A stretch of 64,000 nt of DNA from Phoronis australis. Taxonomy: Eukaryota; Animalia; Phoronida. This document shows positions 26,664-38,753 of this stretch, one piece after another. Position 1 is the first letter of the stretch, and every line of letters begins with the position of its first letter. The notes beneath the pieces were generated by a model. It saw only the letters and a list, made by a program, of their open reading frames with translations, was not told the DNA's origin and did not search any database. The translations under genes and the position numbers were made by a program. The stretch is from assembly GCA_002633005.1 (NCBI GenBank), contig NMRA01000107.1, positions 897,426 to 961,425 on the forward strand, in the 5' to 3' direction.

Positions 26664-27604
26664 CCCAAAACGTATTGATGATTTTTATTTAAAGTTTAAT
26701 AATTTGGAAATTGAAAGAGTTCGTTCTTTCAATTTACTTGGTGTTACCATCAACGAAAACTTGTTATGGAGTCCACACATAAACAATTTGTTGAGAAAGA
26801 TAAGCAGATTCTGTAGTGTTCTTAGTAACATAAAACATTTCTTGCCATTTGAAACTTTGAAAACTATATATAATGGCCTTGTCCTTCCTCATTTTAATTA
26901 TGGCATTCTGCTATGGGGGTGTGAACATCATAGAATATTTAAATTACAGAAAAAGGTTATTCGCAATATTAACTCTAGTCATTTTAATGCCCATACAGAT
27001 CCTTTATTTAAGACTACACAGTTACTCAAAATAAAGGACTTGTATATGTATGTTGTTGCAATCATTAAATTTTTCTACAAATATGTTCATAATTACTTAC
27101 CTTCATTTTTTAACACGTTCAATTTAATAACTCGTGGGTCTGTTCATGAACATTACACTAGGCAACATCTTTTACATACTCCCCGTTGTACTAAATCATT
27201 TGTTGAAGATTCAGTTCGAAATGCCCTACCTCATATCATCAATAACCTTTCTGAAAGTGTCTCCCAAAAACTTTTTACCCATTCGTTATCCTCTGTTATA
27301 AGTTATTTTAAGAATGTTTGTTTTGAAAATTATGAACTTGAGTGCACTATTCCCAACTGCTTTGTATGTAACTATTTTCGATAATCTCTCCCAGTCTTTA
27401 CACAAGTAGTTTTAAAGTACATCATCACCTAATTTTCATAGTTCTGCTTATCTGTAACGCTGTATTTTTTCTTTCTTATTCTCTGGTGGCTCCGTGGTCA
27501 GCGGACCTCTCGGGTCCTTCACGGAGCCTCCATAAGCGTAAATCTGTATCAACTGTATTTTTTGGTTTTAGACTAAAGTGTATTACTACTACTACTACTA
27601 CTAA
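26664..27604 (+). mobile_element. L2/Crack/Daphne-like LINE 3' end: open ORF2 C-terminus, 3' UTR and (TAC)n tail
   Basis: About 240 stop-free codons (IERVRSFNLLGVTINENLLWSPHI...LKTIYNGLVLPHFNYGILLWG...KLQKKVIR...HTDPLFK...CTIPNCFVC), stop at 27384. GC-rich hairpin-like UTR at 27488-27530; tail tactactactactactacta at 27584-27604. Confidence 0.85.
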
Positions 27605-28789
27605 AGACGTACCGAAAGCGGGAGATGTACAACCAAAAATGTCTCGCAGTTTTTTGTTGTTGCTGTTTTTAAAAATTGAATGGGAAATTGCTAGTGCCGC
27701 AAAGTACATGAAACGTCCCGTTCTTTTCTTTCCAGTCGAGCGGGAAAACATGTCCATATCTCGTGAAAAAAAAACAATGTTATAATATGTCAATTCGTCT
27801 GTGTGTCAAAAAGCAGGACATTTGTGTGGCGGGATGGCAAAAAATCAAAAAATGCGACAGTCCGCTAAGAGCGGGGCAATGTGCAAATACAAGTATACCG
27901 TGCACTTACAGCAACACGAAGTACTGGATTGGGTTCTTAGAAAGTAAACTTTTCATCTTTCAAAATTTTATTTCAAGATTACAGGTACATACATATAGGT
28001 ACATAACAATAGGCCTAATTTGCAGAATTTACAAAAAACGGCGTCTGAGCAACAGGTAAACATTACACAAAGAAATTATGATAGAAACAATTGAAAACAA
28101 TAACACACAAATACACAAACACACACACGCACACTTACCTAAGCAATTACGAATAATTTTTTGAAAGTTACGTAAACACTAAAAATTTCATTTAGACCAA
28201 ATTAAATTCTTTCCGTGAAATACTATAGCATGGTTTTGTCACTAAAAAATGTCTTGTTGAAACACTATAGGCATGTAGTATGACAGATATAGTATGACAG
28301 GTTGTCAAAAGTGGCTTTACGACTGGAGTTGGAAAAATATCAGATGCTACTCCCGAATCCAACCAGGACCACAGGTCGATGCTTATAAAAATGACCAAAT
28401 GTCACGGTAACTGTCGGCTTTGTTGACTAACTTTGCCAAGTTATCGCTGCTTGTATAGAACCGTACCTCAGAAGAATTTCGCTTCATCAACATTAAAAAC
28501 AAAATTAAAATGAAGTAATGAAATTAGGGTTGATTTGATAACTACAACTCTCGATCAAATCAGTCGAGCAGGCATCCAGAAATTGTCATTGCAAACTCTC
28601 GTGGCTACTGTGGGGGGGGGGGNTAGGTCACATGCGAGAGTTGGCAGTCCATGGGTAGAGTTCTACAATTTTTGCAAAGACTATTTTTGGTGAGAACTGA
28701 TACAAATAATGTTGCCCAATTTTTCAACGGGTTTCAAATATCTACATGTACCATACCGTGAATAATACGCTTACAAGGAAGTCACGCAT

Positions 28790-29918
28790 TTCTAAAGATA
28801 TGCGGGAATTTTCACTGCTCGTCCTTCTGAGTGGTTTGTACCAGGGTCAAAGAGAGCGCGGCTTCAGAATCTGGTACAGTTGTGATGACCGCATTGCCCG
28901 ATGCGAGCAAGACCCAATATAATGTAATTTTCCGACCATAAACTGTATTAAACATCTCTGCCTATGCATAATGGCGAATTTTCAAAATGCATTAACCACT
29001 AATTTTCGTTATAAACGAACACCACGGCGGTATTCAGCTGAAAAAAAAACAACCAAGTACGGTTTTCGATTTTTAAAAATCGATGAACTACATGTAATAA
29101 TCTAAAAACTACAACCATTGGGTACGATTGGAGATAAACTACAGCGGGTATTGATATACTCGGTGGATATACAAACGCTGATCAGAGTTAACAATATCTC
29201 ACGGATTCATTTTTTAATATTCTTTCAATCTCGTTTAACCAGATTTTTGACCAGGAAACAGTTGTTGTGCCCACTTTTCATTTTTTTTATTACTGACAAA
29301 GAGCTAAAATAGTTATATAGTTAGTGCCACATAAATTGTCCAGAGATTCCAAATCTTCAGTTTGGTTATCACCATATTTGCACTTTTGTATATATTTTAT
29401 GATTTGAGTTCTGATTCAGATTAGTTTTTAATGACACGTGAAATGTTTAGTGTACCTGTATTGTGGTAAGTTTAGGGATGGGCTCACAATGAACTTAACT
29501 AATTAAGTTAGCTGGCGATCAAAATCTACCACTGTTTTGGTACTTCCAAGTTCAAAACTTAGACAAAAAAGTTATCAACCCGTTTCCGGTAAGGAAAAAA
29601 AACAACTAGGCATTAAAAACTAAATAAAGAAAACCAATGTGAAACTAATCGTTCTTTTTAGTCATTTCGTAATATTTATAATGTACCAAATTAAAATTAC
29701 TCTCCAGAGTTGCAGGCTATAACTCTGCAAATGTCAGAGAAAACCAAAATGGGGGTACTAACAACAACCATTGTTGAGACAGTGCTAGCAATTACCTTTC
29801 CGCTTCATTAGCTCAGATCTACATCAACACAAAGGGCGTGCTGAATAGGCATCCTAAAAGTCGTCTGGGGATTAGGGAATCAGAGCGGTCACCATTGTAA
29901 GCGAGAAATTCTCCGCAT
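28790..29918. repeat. Unclassified ~1.2-1.4-kb interspersed repeat (copies 41846-43218; partial 18655-19338 and 25169-25234)
   Basis: Shared blocks tctaaagatatgcg..., aaattgtccagag.ttccaaatctt... and ttagggaatc.gagcggt.acca.tgtaagcgagaaattct. Confidence 0.75.
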
Positions 29919-30128
29919 GAACGTTTTGATATCTGCTAGCAAAATTTGAAAAACTGTCACCAACTCAAGTTTCAACAATATGTTAAAGTAATGTATCCTC
30001 AAACCACGTGCCATTTTCCTCTGCATTTCTGCCATTCTTCGTCACTGCGGTCGTGTGGTTCACTGCAACCGCTCATTACGACCATCCGTCTCGATAACGT
30101 GACAAAGGCTACATAAAATGAAACCTAC

Positions 30129-30286
30129 CTGTGGGGATCACCAAAAGAGGGGTAGTAGTTACACACGAAGAAGAACTGGTTGTCAATTACTCTGCTGAAT
30201 GTTTTACTGACACTGTCGTAGCCTCCATAAGCTTTTTCGCAAATCTTATAACCACATCCAACTTTGTGCGTCTTCTGCCATGCCAT
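30129..30286 (-). CDS. CAP gene exon 4, copy a (MAWQKTHKVGCGYKICEKAYGG...QFFFVCNYYPSFGDPH)
   Basis: Acceptor ttttatccccatag|ATG, donor AG|GTAGGT; 158 nt, phase 0->2; completes GHYLQMAW and carries VGCG and FVCNYYP (CRISP signature 2). Confidence 0.92.
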
Positions 30287-33049
30287 CTATGGGGATAAAA
30301 ACGATGTTTTCAGCCGAGAATGAGCTCATTGTCAATGCCGTATAAAGGTTTGGGTGCAATGCTCTTAAGCAACAGAGCGGGTTAGCGATTACGACACTGC
30401 TACGTACAGTATTGTCGGGAATGTAACAGAAAAACGTTTAAACCGCAATTTAGTTGTTAATTTTGGAATGAGTACGAGCCGGGTGGGAATTCAAAATTAT
30501 GGCCACGTTTCAACATGGCCGCCATCAGCATCATAACCTCTTATTTTGGGATATCCTTTCACTTGGTATAAAATCAATTATGTACGTGTTTATTCCGTCT
30601 CCTACAGCACTGTCAACTGGGAGTCCGTTTCTAACAATAGAAAGCCTACTAGTAGGTCAATTTCTTAATTTAAAAATTATTATTCTTGATTTTTTTCAGA
30701 GAATCAACTCACGGAAGAGATTAATAAAGAATACATTGCCCTTCGTTCTGCATACTTATTCAGATTGCGTTCAGCTTGCACTAAACTGTTATATCAAATA
30801 CTTCAAACACCTGGACCTGCTGTAGAAGTCGAACTGTTGAAAACTCCGCGCAACGGGGAAATTTTTGAAGAGATAATGCGTTAACTATCTCCTGATTGCT
30901 TCTATACCCAACAGCGTCAGCGTACCTAAGTCCATATGCATCATGTCTGATATGCTTGATGAGTTGAACAAGGTTAACAAAATTTCACGGTAGGTATACA
31001 TTCGACTGCCTGGCAAAAATTTCCATCTATGCAACACAATACTACATTGGTCATACACCAGACAGGCTTCTATAATGGTTTTATGTTATGGGTTTCGACT
31101 TAACATCTCTAAAGAAGCAGCTTCCATAACACTTCGGCAGTTTCCGGCTACACGTCGTATGTCTGCCAGGCTGGACTCCCTTTACTGCGAATGATGTCAC
31201 TACATTGCATCTTCTATTGCCATGAAAATGAACAGTCTCTTTTTGATACCTATGAAGCCTTGTAAAACAGCCTTTTGGAAAACCCTAAACAATTATTTAA
31301 ATTAATAGAAAAAGTTAAATCTTGTTTCTGAAGCTTGAATGTGTGTGGGTGTTGTGTAATCGCTGTTTCATTGATGTAATTGTTTACTTTTCGTAAATAA
31401 AATATGAACTAAAAAAAATCCCACACACTTTCTGAGGAAAAGTCGCGACAATTTCCAGTACTACACTTGTATTGTACATTTGAAGAGGGACTCATCGATA
31501 TAATCAAGTCACAGAGCTAGAGACCCAGTATTCAGAAAGTAACGGCAGTAATAACGAGAACATCTATGCACTAGTCACGACTGTTTTGTCCTCCTTTATA
31601 CTTTTAATTCACGGAGCAGACGTTAAATCCAAAGCGAGGCTCACTGCGATAAATATAGCGGAACTTTACATTGCGTAAGTTAACGACTGGTCTTCCGAGA
31701 CCAACCTGAATATTAAATCTTAAAAATGTGTCCGTAATTAACCAGAAAAATACAGAAGAGAACAAGTCAATGCACCAATGAGTTGTCTGGGGAATGGGTA
31801 AAATTTATTTTGGAAAAACTAGGCTCGAAATATGAAAAGTAAATATGACCAAATTGCGGCGATCGTGTTACGGAATAGGTATGTGCTGCGGGGTTACGTT
31901 TCTTCTTGTAAAGTTTTGATAAAATGTTTTCAACGCGAACCAGGTCATCTGCTCGTATTTTGACGAGTTGAAGATATATTTAACATTGGTGACTAATCGC
32001 ATTTTGCTGTCATGTGCAAGTCACGTCTGGTTTAATTTGTTGATCAAGAATATTAACATCAAGCATAGCCTAGGTCCTGGTAGTGAGGTAAAGACTATAG
32101 GGATTAACAGTTGATTTGTCATTAACTTGTTAGAATGATTGATATCATACAAATTATTTTTATTATGATAAAAACAAGCTGGTAATTGAAGCTAAAAATT
32201 ATTTTACCATCAATTCTGCTTTCCTGGTTTTAATAATTCTTATACCTATTTCCTATGCTAGGTTTCAAATATCTGTCTGGAACAAGTTGAATTTTATATT
32301 CAAAACACCTAGTTCGTTCGTCCAATGCACAACCTGAAAAATAACATTCAGAGGCCTCGTTCATCCGAGGTGAAAGCTGCCTGTGCATTCTGAGAGGGGG
32401 ATTTTTTGCCGAGTGAGGAGGAAATTCTACATCCCTCGCCATCTGTTGCAAGCTCTCATAGGCTCTGTTTCAAGTAGCATTTTGTGCTTTTTCAAATTGT
32501 CACCTATGCGGTTAGAATTGATTCGAACTTCAACGGGAAATTTTCAATCAATTTAGAGTACTTTTTAGGCCTCGTGAGGGGGAATTTCGAGTGTTTTTCA
32601 ACATTATTAGAGGGTGTAGGGCCGAATATTGGGGATTGAGGGTCCTGTCCTTTTTGGAAACAAATGCATCATGTTTCAACCCGCAGTCACTAAAACACAG
32701 CCTGGCTGGAGGAAGATTCTTCGGTCATTACTATGATGCTCGGCAATTGAGATGCAACAAAACATGATCAAACTTTCGAAAACATTTATATTTTCTTTTG
32801 TCACCGCGTATGGCAACGACCCAACGCTTCCGAAACTCAACGTCATTAGGGATTTTAAAAAGATAGTTGAATGTCCGTATTTTTATTGCCGTTCGAGCAA
32901 CGCGGAACACAACTATGACGATTCACCAATGGACGGAGCTATCTCAGTGAACCTCGTTGTGGAGCGCACTTCCTGTCTGCATGAAATAGGCGTATAATAT
33001 TAGTGGCATTGGTCACTGTGCACCCAAAAACCGTAAACCAACCTTTTAA

Positions 33050-33979
33050 AGAGTACCCGTCAAGCATTTTCTTAGTTTTTGAAGTTTCAGTTAGCTAATA
33101 TGAAATGTGTACCATGAAAAATCTAACTAAGTAAGCACCAAATAGTCTCGAATTTTTTAATTTTGAAGAAAATTAGTTATTTCCAAGTTTCTAGCCAAAT
33201 GATGTAGTAGGTGGAAGACGTTTGGTCACTTGACAATCAATTGCAATGGCGGAACACAGCACATCAGAAGACTAACACGATTTTGAACGAGAACTGGACA
33301 GTTATTATGCCGAGAGTACAGTGGATACGGGCATCACATTCAAGTACTCGAAGAATCCGATAATGAATTCGATTTTTTACTTAGCTAACATTCATCGGCT
33401 TCGAAGTCGTATGAGCTCGACCCATTTGCACTAGAAATCCTGCAGACATATGTGAGCAACAACCAACTGAAGCAAGGGGTGTTGGGTCACTCGTATTGAC
33501 ATGATGGAATGAGTACAGTATAAACACAATGCAAGCTTATATATGTTTCGTTGCACTCAATCTGGGCCGGGGTGGAGGGGCTGGCATCACTCGCCCACAA
33601 TGGAAGCACTTTGTTCGTTATTTATAAAATTTGCAAATACACTGACATTCCTCACTCTCGTGCGGCGCAAAAACCGGTAGCATTTCTGTGCATCTTTCAC
33701 GTAATTAGGAAATTTGAACACGGAGATGTTCACAGTCAAGTTGATCTTACTACATCCTCCACAAACTTACCTGTCTAAAAAGGCGGTTTTCGCGGACTTT
33801 CTTCACAACTACTCAGCATCGCACTGGTAAAAAATAACAACGGCGGAGACGGTCTTCCACCCGATAACACAAAGATTTATATATTTTTTTAAAATTTCGG
33901 ATTGTTTCTTTGCACTAGGTATACTAAAGGCTATTGATAAAATTCTTTTTGAGACACAGGGTCATGGTGGGAACTGTCT
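33050..33979. mobile_element. Kolobok-like non-autonomous element: THAP 5' relic (minus) facing an acidic KolX-like 5' relic (plus)
   Basis: TTAA|AGAG at the left and GTCT|TTAA at the right. Minus strand from ATG 33819: MLSSC[insertion]VCGGCSKINLTVNISVFKFPNYVKDAQKCYRFLRRTR (THAP-like). Plus strand from 33246: MAEHSTSED*HDFERELD...SYELDP. Terminal inverted repeat match is weak. Confidence 0.5.
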
Positions 33980-34614
33980 TTAAAAACAAGGTGTGATGTC
34001 CGTACATGTCACTCACGAACCACACGTCGTGTGAACACATATATCTGCAGAAGTAATACGGCGAAGATATCTGCACGGCGGAAATAAAGCCCATCGAAAT
34101 AACTTATGGTTCCCTCAAAAATTTGCCATTCGGTTGTAACTCCGCGATTTGCATCGTTACCTGGCGATGAACTCGTGAACTAAAGCATTCTATAGGCTTA
34201 ATGGCTGGTCACATCTCATTATAATATGACGTCATTAGGTCAAAATCTGAGCGTGGCAGACAATTTCATTCGTCGTTGTTAGAGAAATGTAAACAGGCAG
34301 GGGTGTAAAATAACCGGGTAAGATCGTTTATGGTTCCCTTAAAAGAGCACTGTAGTAAAAATAATGCAGCAGTTAAACGGTACAAATAAATTTCACATTT
34401 GCTCAAGTTGCGAGCTAAACGAAAGCTTATTCATAGTTATTGTCAAAAGACTGGGATCCTGATCGCTGATATGTCAGTGACGAGGCTGGTGTGGACCCGA
34501 CTGCTTATTACATACATTGTTGTGTCATATTGTGATTAGTTTACATCGCATTTAATCATTGTGTCAGCCGTTCTTATTTTTTACTGTTTGTCACAGTGCT
34601 GTAAAAGGTTCGCC

Positions 34615-34700
34615 ATGCCTTTTTGTATGGCTCCTGGTTTTTCGAAAAAGGTGACTTCTAAAGGTATGGTCATCGCATACCATCGCCGGGTTGCCTAAGC
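34615..34700 (+). pseudogene. THAP-domain start relic (MPFCMAPGFSKKVTSKGMVIAYHR)
   Basis: Resembles the THAP consensus MP.C.APGC.N.....G.S.H.FP; probably TE-derived. Confidence 0.35.
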
Positions 34701-36102
34701 CTTGTCCCAAAGCTGTAGGTCTATACTAAATATAGGCCTACAGGTTTGCGCCGATATGGGTAAAAAGAGGACCAATAAAATCTGACTCCAAATTTCTGTC
34801 ATTAAAACTAATCTCACCCTTGAGTAAACCTATAGGAACCAGCTTCATAGAGTAAACTTATTAACAGATGTTGGAAAATTTAGTGATCGTTAATCGGCTG
34901 CTGCTAATATTGTGATGCGTTCTTCTGAGTCGGCTTTTTGCGATCATAACGTCTCTTGACCTTGGCCAGTTTCTTTTCCACCGATTCCTTTTGTCATGTG
35001 TTCTTCGCTGCCGGCTCATAGGTTGCGTACATGTATACGTCACAACAAATCATCGGAACTTGTTTCATTTCGTTACAAGCATTACCAGCAATTCGTAAAC
35101 TAGGTCATCCGCCAGGTTCTCTGCGTAAACTAGGTCATCGCTTATGGACCAGTTAGCGCTTCACTCTCCGCGTGTCTCACTGGAGAGAAGCACCAGAAAG
35201 GTTGTTCTACATTTTGTAGCCCAAAATTACCAAAGTTCAAATATATTCCGTTTAAAAGGAAAGACAAAACATATTATTACAGATGTCTGGCCAATATCAT
35301 GAGCCACCACTCGTAAGCAAATCAAAGCTGTCCTTACTCGTTGCCTGATCTCGCACTACCTCAATCGACTAGTTTTCAGTTCGCAATGCAACGATACAAT
35401 TCTCATAAATTCAACTTGTACTGACCCCTTTCAATTTTAAACCATGCCCGAAGTACTTGGAAACAAATTATTGTTAGGTACAACGAGGTTTTTTTTCCTA
35501 AAGTGGATCGTAAACATCTCAGGTGAGTTTTCCACACACAGCTACTTTGATTTAGAGCTGAATTTTGAGCTCCCATACTACTATGGGCCGGGCCGGTCAA
35601 GGGCCAATTTCTGTTGTACGCACTACTTATAGCTTTGGAATCAAACTGCTATATATACAGAAAACGTTTATTAGTATACTGGTGTGGATATTATCAGTGA
35701 TTTAACCAAAAACTTCGAATTAACTAGACCCACTAATGATAGTCTATGATGATAAACTGTTATCAAAAGGCCAAAATTGGCAATTTTCGGCGACCCCATG
35801 TTAAATACAAAATTTTGTCTAATTTTCTTCAAACTCTTGCATTTCAATCTTGATTATACTGACATCTGTTGGGTCTATCGGCAACTAACCGCACATGAAA
35901 GGCTTGGTCGAAAATTATCGTTTTCTCACATGCACTTTCGGGTTTTTAGCGGCGATTCCACTGATCGAAGCGACAAAATAAGCCAAAACTTTGACCATAC
36001 CATGTTAAACATAATTTTTTTTCCAATTTTGATGAAACTTGGCCACGTTTTTAACAAAATACTTATCTATGTTATGTGCTATCGGCAAATGTGATTGATT
36101 CA

Positions 36103-36297
36103 NNNNNNNNNNNNNNNNNNNNNNNNNNNNNNNNNNNNNNNNNNNNNNNNNNNNNNNNNNNNNNNNNNNNNNNNNNNNNNNNNNNNNNNNNNNNNNNNNN
36201 NNNNNNNNNNNNNNNNNNNNNNNNNNNNNNNNNNNNNNNNNNNNNNNNNNNNNNNNNNNNNNNNNNNNNNNNNNNNNNNNNNNNNNNNNNNNNNNNN
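36103..36297. other. Assembly gap (195 N)
   Basis: Run of N. Confidence 1.
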
Positions 36298-38753
36298 TAT
36301 AGATACGGATTGGTTGCACCGGTAAGTTTTCGTCCGACGACGACGACGACGACTGGGTGTCACTTTGTGTTGCCTCGGCTCAAACAGGTATCCCTGGTGA
36401 CCCGACATTTCGCACTTAAATTTCTAATTCCGACAATATGAAGAACGTCACTTGACTGCACGTTAACGCAGGACAGTGACTTTGCTACCGCCATATACGT
36501 CACGAGAAGCAGCGCTCCAAGTGGGTATTCTTTGAGCTTCATTAGAGAATATCAGTTTACTTTTTGATGTTAAATTAATTGTGAAATTAAGTGCTTGTCC
36601 ACCAGAGCACTAGCCATCCAGCGGCAAGGTGGGGGTCAGGCGATTTTCACCAAATCGGGTAGTGCTATGGGATCGATAAACAATAGTAAAATATTTCCCC
36701 AAAATACAGTATTATCCCCCCATCACATTTTACGTCTTCGTAGCCATGTTTTCAAGCTCTAAAAACTGTCCAATTTGAACTGTGTATATTTTTCCGTGAA
36801 TGAAAGCTATTGAACTATTAGTCACTTGGCATTGTTAAGTGGAGCCTGTTGATTGTTGCACAGATATCTGGAAAAAAATTCCCATTCACCACCCTCATTT
36901 AGTAGTTTTACTACACTGCCCCCCGTTATGCCATGTTGAGGTTATGTTCAATCCACTGCTATACCAAATCTGACCCATTGCTGTGAGGATGAAATTTGGC
37001 CAAAATGTTAACAAAACATGTTACTTTCATTGCATAAAATAACAACTTTTTTCAGCCAGTTGATTAGTTAATAAACATTTTGGCACTTCAGATGTACTAA
37101 AATGAGAAATTTTCAAATATCTGAGACCGTGAGCACGTAAAATCTGATTGTGCTCAATGTTTTTCGATATTTTGCAACGAGTTTGTTCCGCCTGAATGTT
37201 TTGAATGTTTTACCCCTTACCACCTAGAACTATAGTACTCCTAGATACCATACACTGCTCCATTTTTCAATAAGCCGATTTTGTCCTCCTCAGACAACAG
37301 GGCTAGATATGAACTCGACAAAAGTGGGTTATTTTGATTTACAATTGTTATGCTTTGCAATTTCCTCATGGGTATTTCTTCACACCTCTTCAAGTCAGAT
37401 TTTCTGTTGATCAAATGTTCATGCAATGCATTGTAATATCAAATGAATGACACATTTAGTGGCATGACCATAATTTTTCATACGACTTTAAAAAAGGCCG
37501 CAGAAATTTTGTTGACGTACTAACGGGTTTGCAGTTATCTAAAAACATTCGAATGACAAGACAAACTCCACCACTGTCCATGACAACTCGTCGCATGTAT
37601 ATCGCCCATCGGTCGTATCGCTGTTTTCCTTTGTTGTGTCATAGTTGGATATAACAACACAGGTCGCATGGGTATAGAACCTTGGGCGTACATCAGACCG
37701 TTGACGATAAATGCTCGTCAACGGGAACAATGACGACGCTGGTCTATGCGACCAGGTTTCCCGTGGATGACTACAGAAGGGGAATCCCAAAGTATCCACA
37801 AAAACTTATCATGCTCCTCAGTAGCTCTTATCGCGCACAAGAATCCATTCCGGGGAACCTAAATACCATTTTTTATATCCATGTCTTTTTTTGTGTTGCT
37901 CATGATACGGGTTCAGATTCCGTATTAAGATATCAATCCCCAAGCTTGTAATACGTAGTTTGAGTAAAATTTCTAGACAATGAAGTTTATGTATTGTTTC
38001 TCTTTTAAATGAAGAGTAAACATCAAATTCTGCACTTGTTTTCCAAAAGTAATGACGCATCTAAAAGGTAAAACCATGTTAACTTTGACAATTTTATTCC
38101 TTATCTCATTCGAAAGTTGTCTACCTCACAAACAACACATCTAGGTTGAAAATATTCCTTGTGAAAAGACATAAAACACCAACCAGAGACTTGTATTCTA
38201 CAAAATATGTTTTTACTATACAATACAAAGATTAACTGTACAGTCAAAAGTGCAAATGTTATGACTTTAATAAAAATGCCCTCTACGGTAGACCTTTTCA
38301 ACACTCCAATTGCTACAGGACAGAGTCAACCACACAAAACCCATAAAGTCAGGGAATTACACTGAAGGTGATGTAGTCTCACTGCGAAAAAGAGATTTCG
38401 CAATATCGCTGGCAACACTGTACATTTCTTCTTTTTCACAAACTTGGGGGTTCTTATCAAAAAAGAACCACCACAAAATGAAAAATTGGCTTGTCGGTTC
38501 CAATAAGACAGCATTTTTGCAATGAAATGATCGTGGAAAAAATACTTTTGCAAACATGGTATGCATAACAATTGCCGTGCAGTTACAGTTGTACATACAT
38601 GCCAGACCAGTTTCAAAACTACTCATGAGAACCATAAAATGGTCAATTCACCAAAAACCAAGGAGTCACCAGAGCTAATGTGCCAACACTTTTCAATACT
38701 GCAACAAAAAAAATTATTTGAAGTGGACATAAACCCACCTACTATCACATAAA

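Larger units (their letters stand above)
25169..31215. repeat. ~1.4-kb duplication containing CAP exon 4 (25169-26557 and 29853-31215), with single n's at 26663 and 28623 between the copies
   Basis: Colinear, a few percent diverged with small indels; paralogous ORFs 25796-26167 and 30499-30825 lie inside. Confidence 0.85.

Noticed and set aside
28300-28420. Possible reverse transcriptase scrap on the minus strand (LDSGVASDIF...ATFDNL)
   Set aside because: Too short and degenerate to support.
36005-36441. ORFs spanning the N run
   Set aside because: Artefacts of the assembly gap.
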